From a virus: 42,816 nucleotides of DNA. How positions within the stretch are numbered: position 1 is the stretch's first letter; the number at the start of each line of letters is the position of its first letter. A program made the translations under genes and the position numbers. Where the stretch lies: positions 1 to 42,816 of IMG/VR virus record IMGVR_UViG_3300045988_147588; one strand, given 5' to 3'. The notes below the pieces were generated by a model. It made no database searches, was not told where the DNA came from, and saw only the letters and a program-made list of their open reading frames with translations. This document shows, piece by piece, positions 13,355-20,873 of this stretch.

Positions 13355-14098
13355 TCAAAATATTTCATCGAGCGTACTATCACGCTCTTGCTCATTGACT
13401 ATCTGATGATTGTTTCGAAGCCAGTTCCTTACTGTAGCTTTCCAATCTTTCATCGGACTCTTGCCAACAAGCCATCCTTTTGCTTCGTAATAGTCATAGA
13501 ATCTCGCTACGTCTAACGATTTACCAAGACTTTTTACGTATTCAGCAATTTCTTGCTGAGTTGGTTTCACAAATTTTTTTTGTTTTTTCTTAACAACTAC
13601 GTCAGTAGTTGTTTCTTTTTTTATATCTATATCTTTCTCTAACTCTATCTCTGGTGTAGAAATCTTGTTAGAAACCTCGTTAGATATATTGTTAGAAATC
13701 ATGTTAGAAATCTTACGCTTTTCTTCTGAAATTCTTTTTTGATAATTTCTTTGTCTATCTGCTTCTGAGCTAGACTGACCTATAAAGTTTTGGATGTCTA
13801 ACATATAAATTGCTCCAGTATCAAGAACATCAATTAGTCCTAAATCTTTAAATATTTTTAATGCCTTTTCTACATCTCCAACTGAATGTCTTGTTATTGT
13901 GGCAATCATTTGTGCATTGTATGGAATGCGGTCATTGAACATCAATTTTCCGTTTCCCTGTAAACTCATTAGATATAATTTCAACAAAATATTTGAATAC
14001 TTATATCCATCTTGGATAGACTCAAGTATTTTCATTTCATTTGTATCGAAAAAATTTTCCTTAAGTCTCATATAGTAATATTTTTTATTGTCACTCAT
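13355..14098 (-). CDS. Phage replisome organizer / DnaD-domain protein
   Basis: MSDNKKYYYMRLKENFF N-terminus. C-terminal YYEAKGWLVGKSPMKDWKATVRNWLRN is a DnaD-like motif. Alternative start at 14113. Confidence 0.8.
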   Translation of the reverse strand: MSDNKKYYYMRLKENFFDTNEMKILESIQDGYKYSNILLKLYLMSLQGNGKLMFNDRIPYNAQMIATITRHSVGDVEKALKIFKDLGLIDVLDTGAIYMLDIQNFIGQSSSEADRQRNYQKRISEEKRKISNMISNNISNEVSNKISTPEIELEKDIDIKKETTTDVVVKKKQKKFVKPTQQEIAEYVKSLGKSLDVARFYDYYEAKGWLVGKSPMKDWKATVRNWLRNNHQIVNEQERDSTLDEIF

Positions 14099-14103
14099 AC
14101 AAA

Positions 14104-14778
14104 TCACTCCCATTTAGTACCATAGTTTATTTTTTCTCTCTCTTTCTGGACATCACCATATTCCAGACAGATATAAGCCATAGTCACTATAGGGCTTTCA
14201 TGCATTAGCAATCTTTGTGTTTGAAGAAGATCATGTGTCTCATCGTAATACCACCTTCCAAATGACTTTCTCATTGAGTGGCAACCGATTTGATACTTAA
14301 CACCAGCTTCTTTTGCTAATGCTTTAATCTGTCTCCATGCGGTAACACGATTTATAGGAAAGTTATTTTCCTTACTGCTTGGAAACAAGTACTGACTTTG
14401 AGTAATGCCTAGCCACTTAATGTAGTCATTAATAGGCTGCATTACCTCTTTGGACATCGAATACTGCATACGTTTACCTGTCTTATGTTCAGTAAACGTA
14501 ACTTCACCATCACTGATATCTCTAGGTGTTAGTTCTATCAGCGTTGTGATTCTTAGTCCTGTATTTACGCCTAAATGCATTAGTATCTTCAAGCGATACC
14601 ATCTGAAATATTCTTCAGATGTTTCTTCAAGTGATTCCATTCTCACTCTTAAAATTCTTTGCATTTCTTCGTAATCTTCTTTCTTGAACGGTTTAACAAC
14701 TTCTCGACCGTGCTTATCGAGTGTCTTCCGTTCGTATTTCGAACCCTTTGGATTAAATCTCTTTAATTGTCTAGGCAT
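14104..14778 (-). CDS. Short tyrosine recombinase (224 aa, catalytic domain only)
   Basis: GLRITT (Arg), HSMRKSF (HxxR), LMHES...MAYI (His/Tyr). Overlaps the DnaD-like gene start region. Confidence 0.75.
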   Translation of the reverse strand: MPRQLKRFNPKGSKYERKTLDKHGREVVKPFKKEDYEEMQRILRVRMESLEETSEEYFRWYRLKILMHLGVNTGLRITTLIELTPRDISDGEVTFTEHKTGKRMQYSMSKEVMQPINDYIKWLGITQSQYLFPSSKENNFPINRVTAWRQIKALAKEAGVKYQIGCHSMRKSFGRWYYDETHDLLQTQRLLMHESPIVTMAYICLEYGDVQKEREKINYGTKWE

Positions 14779-14831
14779 TCTCTCCTTTCTTCCTCCTATT
14801 CGTTATAATGTTCTACAGAAAGGAGGATATT

Positions 14832-15092
14832 ATGTCTAAAAATGAAGTCATTCAGCAAGTCGCAATGATTATGACTATTCCGGAATACGCAAAGCTTCTT
14901 GAAGACTATAAGAGCGAACCAAGTTATCAAAAAACTTTACCATCCGAAAGAAAAGACAATCTTGTAAAAGATGCATTGCAAGCATATGAAGAAAATTACA
15001 TTGCAGTATGTAGAAATTTTGATACATATATAAATGCATACACTGACCAAGATTTTTACGACCTAGCTATTCTTGAAAAGAATCAAGAGTAA
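14832..15092 (+). CDS. Small + strand protein (86 aa), paralog of 11509..11697
   Basis: AGGAGG upstream of the ATG at 14832. TATAAT at 14804-14809. Confidence 0.65.
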   Translation: MSKNEVIQQVAMIMTIPEYAKLLEDYKSEPSYQKTLPSERKDNLVKDALQAYEENYIAVCRNFDTYINAYTDQDFYDLAILEKNQE

Positions 15093-15294
15093 TTTCATTG
15101 CATTTTCTGTCTATGTAATCAGAAACAAGTTTTAAAGTTGTTTTTGATTCATCAATAGTGAATTTTCCCTCTATGAGAAGATTCACTATTTTTTTACGCA
15201 TTAATACTTCTCTTTTAAATTTTTCTTTTTCATCTTTCGTACCTATAAGGCTAAGTACCTTTGCTTGATCTCTTTCCGAATCTTCAAAAAACAT
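15067..15294 (-). CDS. Small protein (75 aa), paralog of 11672..11902
   Basis: ATG at 15294 after AAGGA. Same 26-nt 3' overlap with its convergent partner as in the other copy. Confidence 0.65.
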   Translation of the reverse strand: MFFEDSERDQAKVLSLIGTKDEKEKFKREVLMRKKIVNLLIEGKFTIDESKTTLKLVSDYIDRKCNEITLDSFQE

Positions 15295-15539
15295 ATTTTT
15301 TTCCTTTCTTTTCACCTAGATTAATCAAATAATTAATTCTCTCTTTTCTATATGTTTTCGAAAAGATAAGAAGTAATGTATCAGCTATAAACCATATAAG
15401 TAACAACCTTTCCATTCATATTTACCTTTCTAAGTGATTAGCAACTGCTGCATGGCGATTCAATAGTCCAAAAGGAATCCTTTCTTTAACAAGAACCACG
15501 CAGCAGCGTTATCACTTCTTTTGAGAATCAGCACGACTG

Positions 15540-15734
15540 TCAATCAAACAGCTTTAAAGTCAACGGAGGTATTTCGTGCTTTCCTCTCAATGCCAGTGGA
15601 TATATTCCAATGCAGCCACAAACAGGACATGCTGTTTCATATTCTGTTTTGTGGGATAGTTTGTTGAAAATAGGTTTCTGGCACAACTCATTTTCCGCAA
15701 ATCTACTTCTACAATTGGAGCAAATATATTTCAT
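15540..15734 (-). CDS. Zn-ribbon protein (64 aa)
   Basis: CSNC...CPVC motif pairs. ATGA overlap with the upstream small ORF. Confidence 0.6.
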   Translation of the reverse strand: MKYICSNCRSRFAENELCQKPIFNKLSHKTEYETACPVCGCIGIYPLALRGKHEIPPLTLKLFD

Positions 15735-15868
15735 CCTATGAATTTGAATATTGAATCTAGTACTATAAATGCCATAAGTGGCAATACAGCTAATAGCAAT
15801 TCAAATTCTTTCACTTCTTCGATATTCGTATCGAAATGATCCAACAGATAATTTTCTAGTGCTTTCAT
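15731..15868 (-). CDS. 45-aa protein with hydrophobic C-terminus
   Basis: Hand translation: MKALENYLLDHFDTNIEEVKEFELLLAVLPLMAFIVLDSIFKFIG. Stop overlaps the next ATG. Confidence 0.4.
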   Translation of the reverse strand: MKALENYLLDHFDTNIEEVKEFELLLAVLPLMAFIVLDSIFKFIG

Positions 15869-16057
15869 TTTTATTTCCTTTCTTCCCTCAAGCGTTCATA
15901 GGCTCTATCAACAGTTTTTTATATGCAAGATTACCATCACGTTTTTAAAGCTTTATTTTTTTATTCGAAAGGAGACGTTGATAGAGCGTATCAACACTCA
16001 AGGGATTATATGAATGAGGATATAAAAAACCTCATTGAATTTCTCAAAGAGGTTGCG

Positions 16058-16172
16058 TTGAAAATGTATACCTAAAAATAGTATAATTTTAATGCACTCT
16101 TTGAGTGTTTTATGAGGCGTTCGAGCTTAGTCGCCAAACTTACGTCGAGCGTCTCATCCTATTTTGCTTTGT
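16058..16172 (+). ncRNA. Candidate short antisense RNA unit (promoter + hairpin terminator)
   Basis: TTGAAA 16058-16063, 18-nt spacer, TATAAT 16082-16087. Imperfect hairpin at 16112-16157 followed by a T-rich run overlapping the 3' end of the minus gene 16159..16350. Confidence 0.3.
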
Positions 16173-16350
16173 TGATTAGTTGGCGGATACATTCCGCATA
16201 GCTAATCTCTTTTTTTTGGCATAGTTTATCAAGTTTACTTTTAGTTTCTTCATCAATCTTGATTTGTAGCCTGATATCTTTAGGTTGCCCTATTACAGGT
16301 CTGCCCATTTTTTTCTTTTCTGGCACACTCCTCCTTTCCCTTACGTACAC
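16159..16350 (-). CDS. Ribbon-helix-helix (CopG/Arc-like) protein
   Basis: MGRPVIGQPKDIRLQIKIDEETKSKLDKLCQKKEISYAECIRQLI pattern. Start uncertain (16350, 16326 or 16308). Confidence 0.6.
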   Translation of the reverse strand: MYVRERRSVPEKKKMGRPVIGQPKDIRLQIKIDEETKSKLDKLCQKKEISYAECIRQLINKAK

Positions 16351-16459
16351 ATAGGTGTGTAGCTTAGTGCCTATTACATAATAATATTGGTGTGTACCTA
16401 AGTCAATATCTTTTAGATATTTTTTTCACCTCATTCAGTTTTCAAAGACCATTTAATGC

Positions 16460-16714
16460 TTAACGCTTTTTCTCACGTGCGTTTCTTGCTGCCAATATAT
16501 ATGGAGCAAAGAAACGTATCTTTTCTTCATTCTCTAGATCGTATCCGCGGATATCATGAATGAGGTCGTTTATTTCTTCCTCATCATATTTCCAATACCT
16601 GCCAACTCTAGAGCCTTTTAGCAATCCCACTTCTCTAAAAAGTGAGAACAGCTCTCTATCAAAGCCTGTATCTTTTGAGGCTTCAATAGCTGAATATCTT
16701 TTGTTTATTGACAT
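16460..16714 (-). CDS. Excisionase-type / MerR-like HTH protein (84 aa)
   Basis: YSAIEASKDTGFDRELFSLFREVGLLKGSRVGRYWKYDEEEI resembles excisionase-family HTH proteins. Sits next to the Cro-like gene. Confidence 0.5.
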   Translation of the reverse strand: MSINKRYSAIEASKDTGFDRELFSLFREVGLLKGSRVGRYWKYDEEEINDLIHDIRGYDLENEEKIRFFAPYILAARNAREKKR

Positions 16715-16737
16715 TGACGTTCCTCCTTTTTTAAAAA

Positions 16738-17060
16738 GTGAATTTAATTCAGCTAATCTTGTAAAAAAATATTTTCTATATCTTTTACCGTTAATTTTAA
16801 TGTCTTTTTCAAACCGACAATTTCAGATGCAGTAAAATCGCCCATCCCATTTAGCCTGTTATAAAGCGTTTCTCGCTTAATATTTGAGCGTTTTGCAATA
16901 ACAGTCATAGGAATTCCGCTTTCTTTAATTATTGTTTTTAATTTTTCTAATTTGACCATCTTTTCCTTTCTAGTGAATTTAATTCAACTTGCATAATTAT
17001 CTTATCTAAGAAGTGAATTATTGTCAACACTATAAATAGAAATGTTGAATTATTTTACAC
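16738..17060. promoter_or_regulatory. Genetic-switch operators
   Basis: Identical 15-mer AGTGAATTTAATTCA at 16738-16752 and 16972-16986 (TGAATT-N-AATTCA symmetry). Related AGTGAATTATTGTCAAC at 17012-17028 and GTTGAATTATTTTACAC at 17044-17060. Confidence 0.6.
16753..16959 (-). CDS. Cro-like HTH regulator (68 aa)
   Basis: Divergent from the CI-like gene. HTH IPMTVIAKRSNIKRETLYNRLNG. Confidence 0.65.
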   Translation of the reverse strand: MVKLEKLKTIIKESGIPMTVIAKRSNIKRETLYNRLNGMGDFTASEIVGLKKTLKLTVKDIENIFLQD

Positions 17061-17095
17061 AAACAGTTATTCTATCAGTGAAAGGACATGTTAAT

Positions 17096-17518
17096 ATGTT
17101 AAAATTATACGAAAATATTAAAAAATATCGTTTGCAATTGAGAATGAGCCAAAAAGAATTAGCAAAAAGGACTGGCTACACCGACAGAAGTATGATCACA
17201 AAAATTGAAAAAGGTCATGTAGACCTACCATTATCTAAAATAATTTTATTTGCTGATGTGTTGCAGACAACTCCTATTGAATTGATGGAACTATCTGATG
17301 ATGACTTAATGGAAGAAAGTACAATATATCATTCCAAGAATTCATTTACTCCAGATGATGTAAGAATGTTGGAAGTATATCATAAATCTTCACCAGAAAC
17401 ACAACAAATAATTAGATTGCTCTTGGCAAAAGAACAGGGTATTCCTGCTATAGCCGAGCAAGAACGCCCTATTGCCGATAATACGGATAATGAATCATCA
17501 CGCATTAAGGATAAATAA
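17096..17518 (+). CDS. CI-like XRE-family repressor (140 aa)
   Basis: ATG at 17096 after AAAGGA. HTH MSQKELAKRTGYTDRSMITKIEKG. Divergent from the Cro-like gene. Confidence 0.8.
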   Translation: MLKLYENIKKYRLQLRMSQKELAKRTGYTDRSMITKIEKGHVDLPLSKIILFADVLQTTPIELMELSDDDLMEESTIYHSKNSFTPDDVRMLEVYHKSSPETQQIIRLLLAKEQGIPAIAEQERPIADNTDNESSRIKDK

Positions 17519-17553
17519 ATTATATACCCATCTAGCACATTTGTTTCAAAAAA

Positions 17554-17605
17554 TCAATAGGAAATAACAATTTGCGTTTTATGCAAATTGTTCTCAACCT
17601 ATTGA
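17554..17605 (+). terminator. Extended imperfect palindrome / hairpin downstream of the repressor gene
   Basis: TCAATAGG..AACAATTTGC-GTTTTAT-GCAAATTGTT..CCTATTGA. Inner stem of 10 bp. No strong T-run. Confidence 0.45.
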
Positions 17606-17800
17606 CATTTTCAGATTTATTAAAACAGGTAAATATTCTTATTCGCAATGTTTTAACTAGTGTTTTTGCAATTTTTTCGCAAAATCGAGCGTTAAAACAC
17701 TAAAATAAACGGTTTATTAACTTTTTAAGCAAATAAACCTTAGAACAAAAAAGCTACCATCTAGGTAGCAGTGAAATTTAAAGCAAGGAAATTATAACAC

Positions 17801-18961
17801 ATGATAGATAATTCAGGAATATATGAGAGAAAGTCCAAAGCAGGTATTTCATTACAAATTATCCTTAGATATGGAAAAGGAAAAGATAGAAAATCGTTTA
17901 CCAAAACGATTAAAGTATCAGATTATCCAGATAAGAAAAGCGCATATGTTGTAGCTAGAATGATTAGAGATAAAGCACGTATTGATATTAGTGCTGGTAA
18001 AGCATTAGATAATACTGTGCCTAATGTTAAATGGTTCTTTGAAAAAGAATTAGAGTTATCTGGACTTTCAATTAAAACAAAAGCCAAACATAGAGTGTTA
18101 TACAAATACTCTATTGCACAATTTGAGGATGTTCCATTAAATAAAATTAAGACATCTGACATTCAACAATCAATTGTTGAATTTGCTGAAAATCATTCAA
18201 ATGACAGCATTCAAAGATTGGTTTCTGTATGGAGAGCTATTTACCATGCTGCATTAATGTTAGAGTATGAAATTACTGATAAGACTATAGCATTAAAGAA
18301 TGTTAAGTCTAAAATTGTTTCTATTCCAAGAAGCACAGCAACTGATGTAGAAACATTCAATCTGTTTTGTGATGAATTATTAAAATATAATTCAAAAGAT
18401 GGCGTGCCATGCAAGAGATCTCAAGACATTTGGTATATGCTGCAAATAATGAGATGGACAGGTTGTCGCACAGCAGAAGTGCTGGCACTTAACTGGAATG
18501 ATTTCAACGCAGAAAACAAAACGCTATATATCAATAAAAGTGTTGGTTCAACAGGAACAGAAACAAGAAAAATAATCACTACTAAAACTGTTGAATCAAT
18601 ACGCTATGTACCATGCACAGACGAACTAATAGTCATTTTAAATAGTCTTAGAGATTATTCTAGTTCTTCACCTATGATTATTGAGCAGGATGGAAAACCG
18701 TATGAAATAAACGATGTAAGTAACCATATAATGTTAGTATCAAAGAAATGTGGGATTAAGTTTAACGCTTATATGTTGAGACATTTATTCTCTACTACAC
18801 TATACCGTGAAGGTGTTAATCAAGCTGTTATCCGTGACTTGATGGGACATACTTCTTCCAGTATGACATTAGGCTATGCTAATACATCAGAAGAAGATAG
18901 GAAGAAAGCAATCAATAAAATAAAAGCCGAGGAGAAACAAGAAAATGAAGAAAACAACTAA
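17801..18961 (+). CDS. int: Tyrosine integrase (386 aa)
   Basis: GCRTAEVLAL (Arg), MLRHLFST (HxxR-type), LMGHTSSSMTLGYA (His...Tyr). Full N-terminal arm/core-binding region present. Confidence 0.9.
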   Translation: MIDNSGIYERKSKAGISLQIILRYGKGKDRKSFTKTIKVSDYPDKKSAYVVARMIRDKARIDISAGKALDNTVPNVKWFFEKELELSGLSIKTKAKHRVLYKYSIAQFEDVPLNKIKTSDIQQSIVEFAENHSNDSIQRLVSVWRAIYHAALMLEYEITDKTIALKNVKSKIVSIPRSTATDVETFNLFCDELLKYNSKDGVPCKRSQDIWYMLQIMRWTGCRTAEVLALNWNDFNAENKTLYINKSVGSTGTETRKIITTKTVESIRYVPCTDELIVILNSLRDYSSSSPMIIEQDGKPYEINDVSNHIMLVSKKCGIKFNAYMLRHLFSTTLYREGVNQAVIRDLMGHTSSSMTLGYANTSEEDRKKAINKIKAEEKQENEENN

Positions 18962-19190
18962 AATAACAAGATGGGGAAATTCTCAGGGAATCAGATTACC
19001 TAAAGGTGCTTTAAATTTATTATCTCTAAATATTGGTGATGAATTGTCTATTAGTATTGCGGATGGCAAAATAATTTTATCGTCAGTCAAAAATGAGTTT
19101 AAGTTTTCTGATTTGTTTTCAAATTACATTGGTGAAACAAGGCAAAAAGAATATTGGAACGATTCACCAACAGGAAAAGAGAACATCTAA
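18945..19190 (+). CDS. MazE/AbrB-family antitoxin homolog (81 aa), no adjacent same-strand toxin
   Basis: ITRWGNSQGIRLPKGAL...DGKIILS...FSDLFSNYIGE...EYWNDSPTGKE parallels E. coli MazE as I recall it. Overlaps the int 3' end by 17 nt, with GAGGAG SD. Confidence 0.7.
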   Translation: MKKTTKITRWGNSQGIRLPKGALNLLSLNIGDELSISIADGKIILSSVKNEFKFSDLFSNYIGETRQKEYWNDSPTGKENI

Positions 19191-19200
19191 AGTATAAAAT

Positions 19201-19226
19201 AAAAGCCGACTAGTTGTCGGTTTTTT
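19201..19226. terminator. Bidirectional rho-independent terminator
   Basis: AAAAGCCGAC-TAGTT-GTCGGTTTTT between convergent genes. Confidence 0.8.
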
Positions 19227-19644
19227 ATTGGTTTAAGTTAATTAATTCATCTAAGCTAATATATACAATTTTATTATCTGAAATCTGATTTGTTTCTTGA
19301 TAATGTCTATATTCATCTAATAGATCATAATATAGTCCATCTGTTATAGGCTTTCCTTTTGTAAAGGTATAATCCCCACATTCAATCATAAAAATATTAT
19401 CGAGCTGGGCATAGCAATATTTTGATATACCATCTTTTTCGCTTGGTTTTATCAGCTTATTAGAACGTTTTGCAGAAATATATACTTTATTAGGTTTAAC
19501 CGTATCTAATTGAATCAGTTCAACATACTTTTCTTCAGTGTTAACATCTATAACTATATATTTGTGTTTAACTTCTGATATAGTACCAGGTTCATTATTA
19601 AAACGAATTCTCAGCCAAATTGTATCTTTAATCTTCAACATCAT
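19225..19644 (-). CDS. Putative toxin, MazF/PemK-like N-terminal pattern (139 aa)
   Basis: KDTIWLRIRFNNEPGTISEVKHKYIVIDV resembles GDLIWVDFDPTKGSEQAGHRPAVVL of MazF. Start overlaps the upstream Panacea-domain gene. Confidence 0.4.
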   Translation of the reverse strand: MMLKIKDTIWLRIRFNNEPGTISEVKHKYIVIDVNTEEKYVELIQLDTVKPNKVYISAKRSNKLIKPSEKDGISKYCYAQLDNIFMIECGDYTFTKGKPITDGLYYDLLDEYRHYQETNQISDNKIVYISLDELINLNQ

Positions 19645-20143
19645 CAAAATCACTTTCTGCCGCATCGAACATTAAATACAACAAATCAGCATATTGTTCA
19701 CGATATTCATCTTTTCTTGAAATAGAATCCATGTAATATGATATGCCAGAATTTTTTTCTTTCCACTCATTATCTTCGTGCGATATTTCAATAAGTTCAT
19801 CGACAGAAGCGTCTTTAAACGTATCATAAATCTTATCCAAAAATATTTTTGTCTCTGAATCAATATCTGTTGATAAATTTGATTTCTTCAAGGACATATA
19901 TTTTTTTTGCACATTAAAAGCTACAGCACCATTATCATAAGCTAATAATGTATCTGTAAACAATGGTGTTCCATATTTAGCAAGATGAAGATTTTGTGCT
20001 AAATGTAAATATTTATTTAATCTAGCATTGCCATCATAAAAAGTGTGATTATTTTTTTCGATTAAGTTGTTAGTGAAAACTGTTTTATCTTTATCTTTCG
20101 ATAAAAAATATTTTGCAATTTCCGTCGCAGTATAGTTAGTCAT
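19628..20143 (-). CDS. Panacea-domain (DUF4065, GepA/SocA-like) antitoxin candidate (171 aa)
   Basis: LNKYLHLAQNLHLAKYGTPLFTDTLLAYDNGAV matches the DUF4065 core pattern. ATG at 20143 after AAGGTGGTGA. Confidence 0.65.
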   Translation of the reverse strand: MTNYTATEIAKYFLSKDKDKTVFTNNLIEKNNHTFYDGNARLNKYLHLAQNLHLAKYGTPLFTDTLLAYDNGAVAFNVQKKYMSLKKSNLSTDIDSETKIFLDKIYDTFKDASVDELIEISHEDNEWKEKNSGISYYMDSISRKDEYREQYADLLYLMFDAAESDFDDVED

Positions 20144-20229
20144 ATTTATCACCACCTTTTTGTAATCTAATTATACTATAGCTTAAAAATAAAAAAAGCA
20201 AATAGAAAGTTTAAAAAATATATAAACTT

Positions 20230-20456
20230 TGTTCGCAAAATTATTCGCAAAAATTAAAAAACCGCTTATTTATGCGGTTTTGTTAACTATAATGGTGCGG
20301 ATAACGGGAATAGTTACATTATTTTTAATTTATGCACTTTTAGAGCTTTCTGTGCGATTTCATAGTATTTATGCTGTATTTCGAATAATTCACATTGCAC
20401 TTTAAGCACATTCTAGAGACTTTAATGCGAACAAGATGTTCGCATTTTGTTCGCAT
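20230..20456. other. attP candidate region
   Basis: TTCGCAAAA at 20232-20240 and 20244-20252. TTCGCA at 20439-20444 and 20450-20455, inverted copy at 20426-20431. TGGTGCGGATAACGGGAAT (20293-20311) is the reverse complement of a tRNA-like 3' end ...CCCGTTATCCGCACCA. Confidence 0.4.
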
Positions 20457-20459
20457 TAT

Positions 20460-20873
20460 TTATACTCTAGTAGCATATCTATATGTTTTAATATCTCCAC
20501 CTTCAGAATCAACATCATTTAACCAAAGTTTAGATATTTCAACATATTTTTCAGTGTCATCATTAAACAAATCATGATAATCATTAAACATCATATTCAT
20601 TGTGTAATATCTGGTGGCTAACTTGCAGTTTCCACCAAGTACTTGATCCACTTCATTCATTGTCCATTTTTGTCCATACGGTTTCATTTCATGAACTAGA
20701 TATTCAGCCTTTTCTTTTGATAGAACTTCACCATATATAGTTTCATAAATTTCATCATATAAACAATCATAATCTTCTTTACTTAGTTTCTTGAAATATT
20801 CCTCAACAATTGGAATCCATTGCTTCATAGTTTCAGAAGATTTGGCAGTTTCCATCAATTCGCAAATTAACAT
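20460..20873 (-). CDS. Hypothetical protein (137 aa), last gene of the cargo cluster
   Basis: ORF track. Start overlaps the upstream stop. GGTGA SD. Confidence 0.6.
   Translation of the reverse strand: MLICELMETAKSSETMKQWIPIVEEYFKKLSKEDYDCLYDEIYETIYGEVLSKEKAEYLVHEMKPYGQKWTMNEVDQVLGGNCKLATRYYTMNMMFNDYHDLFNDDTEKYVEISKLWLNDVDSEGGDIKTYRYATRV

Noticed and set aside
17640-17702. TTCGCAA repeats and small inverted repeats upstream of int considered as the attP arm
   Set aside because: The int gene and cargo genes lie between these repeats and the tRNA-like core. They are more likely int-promoter or regulatory sites, and are noted only in the attP finding.
20293-20311. Possibility of an intact tRNA gene near attP
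   Set aside because: Only the last roughly 19 nt look tRNA-like. The upstream sequence lacks T-loop, anticodon-arm and D-arm features, so it is treated as a core-site fragment rather than a gene.
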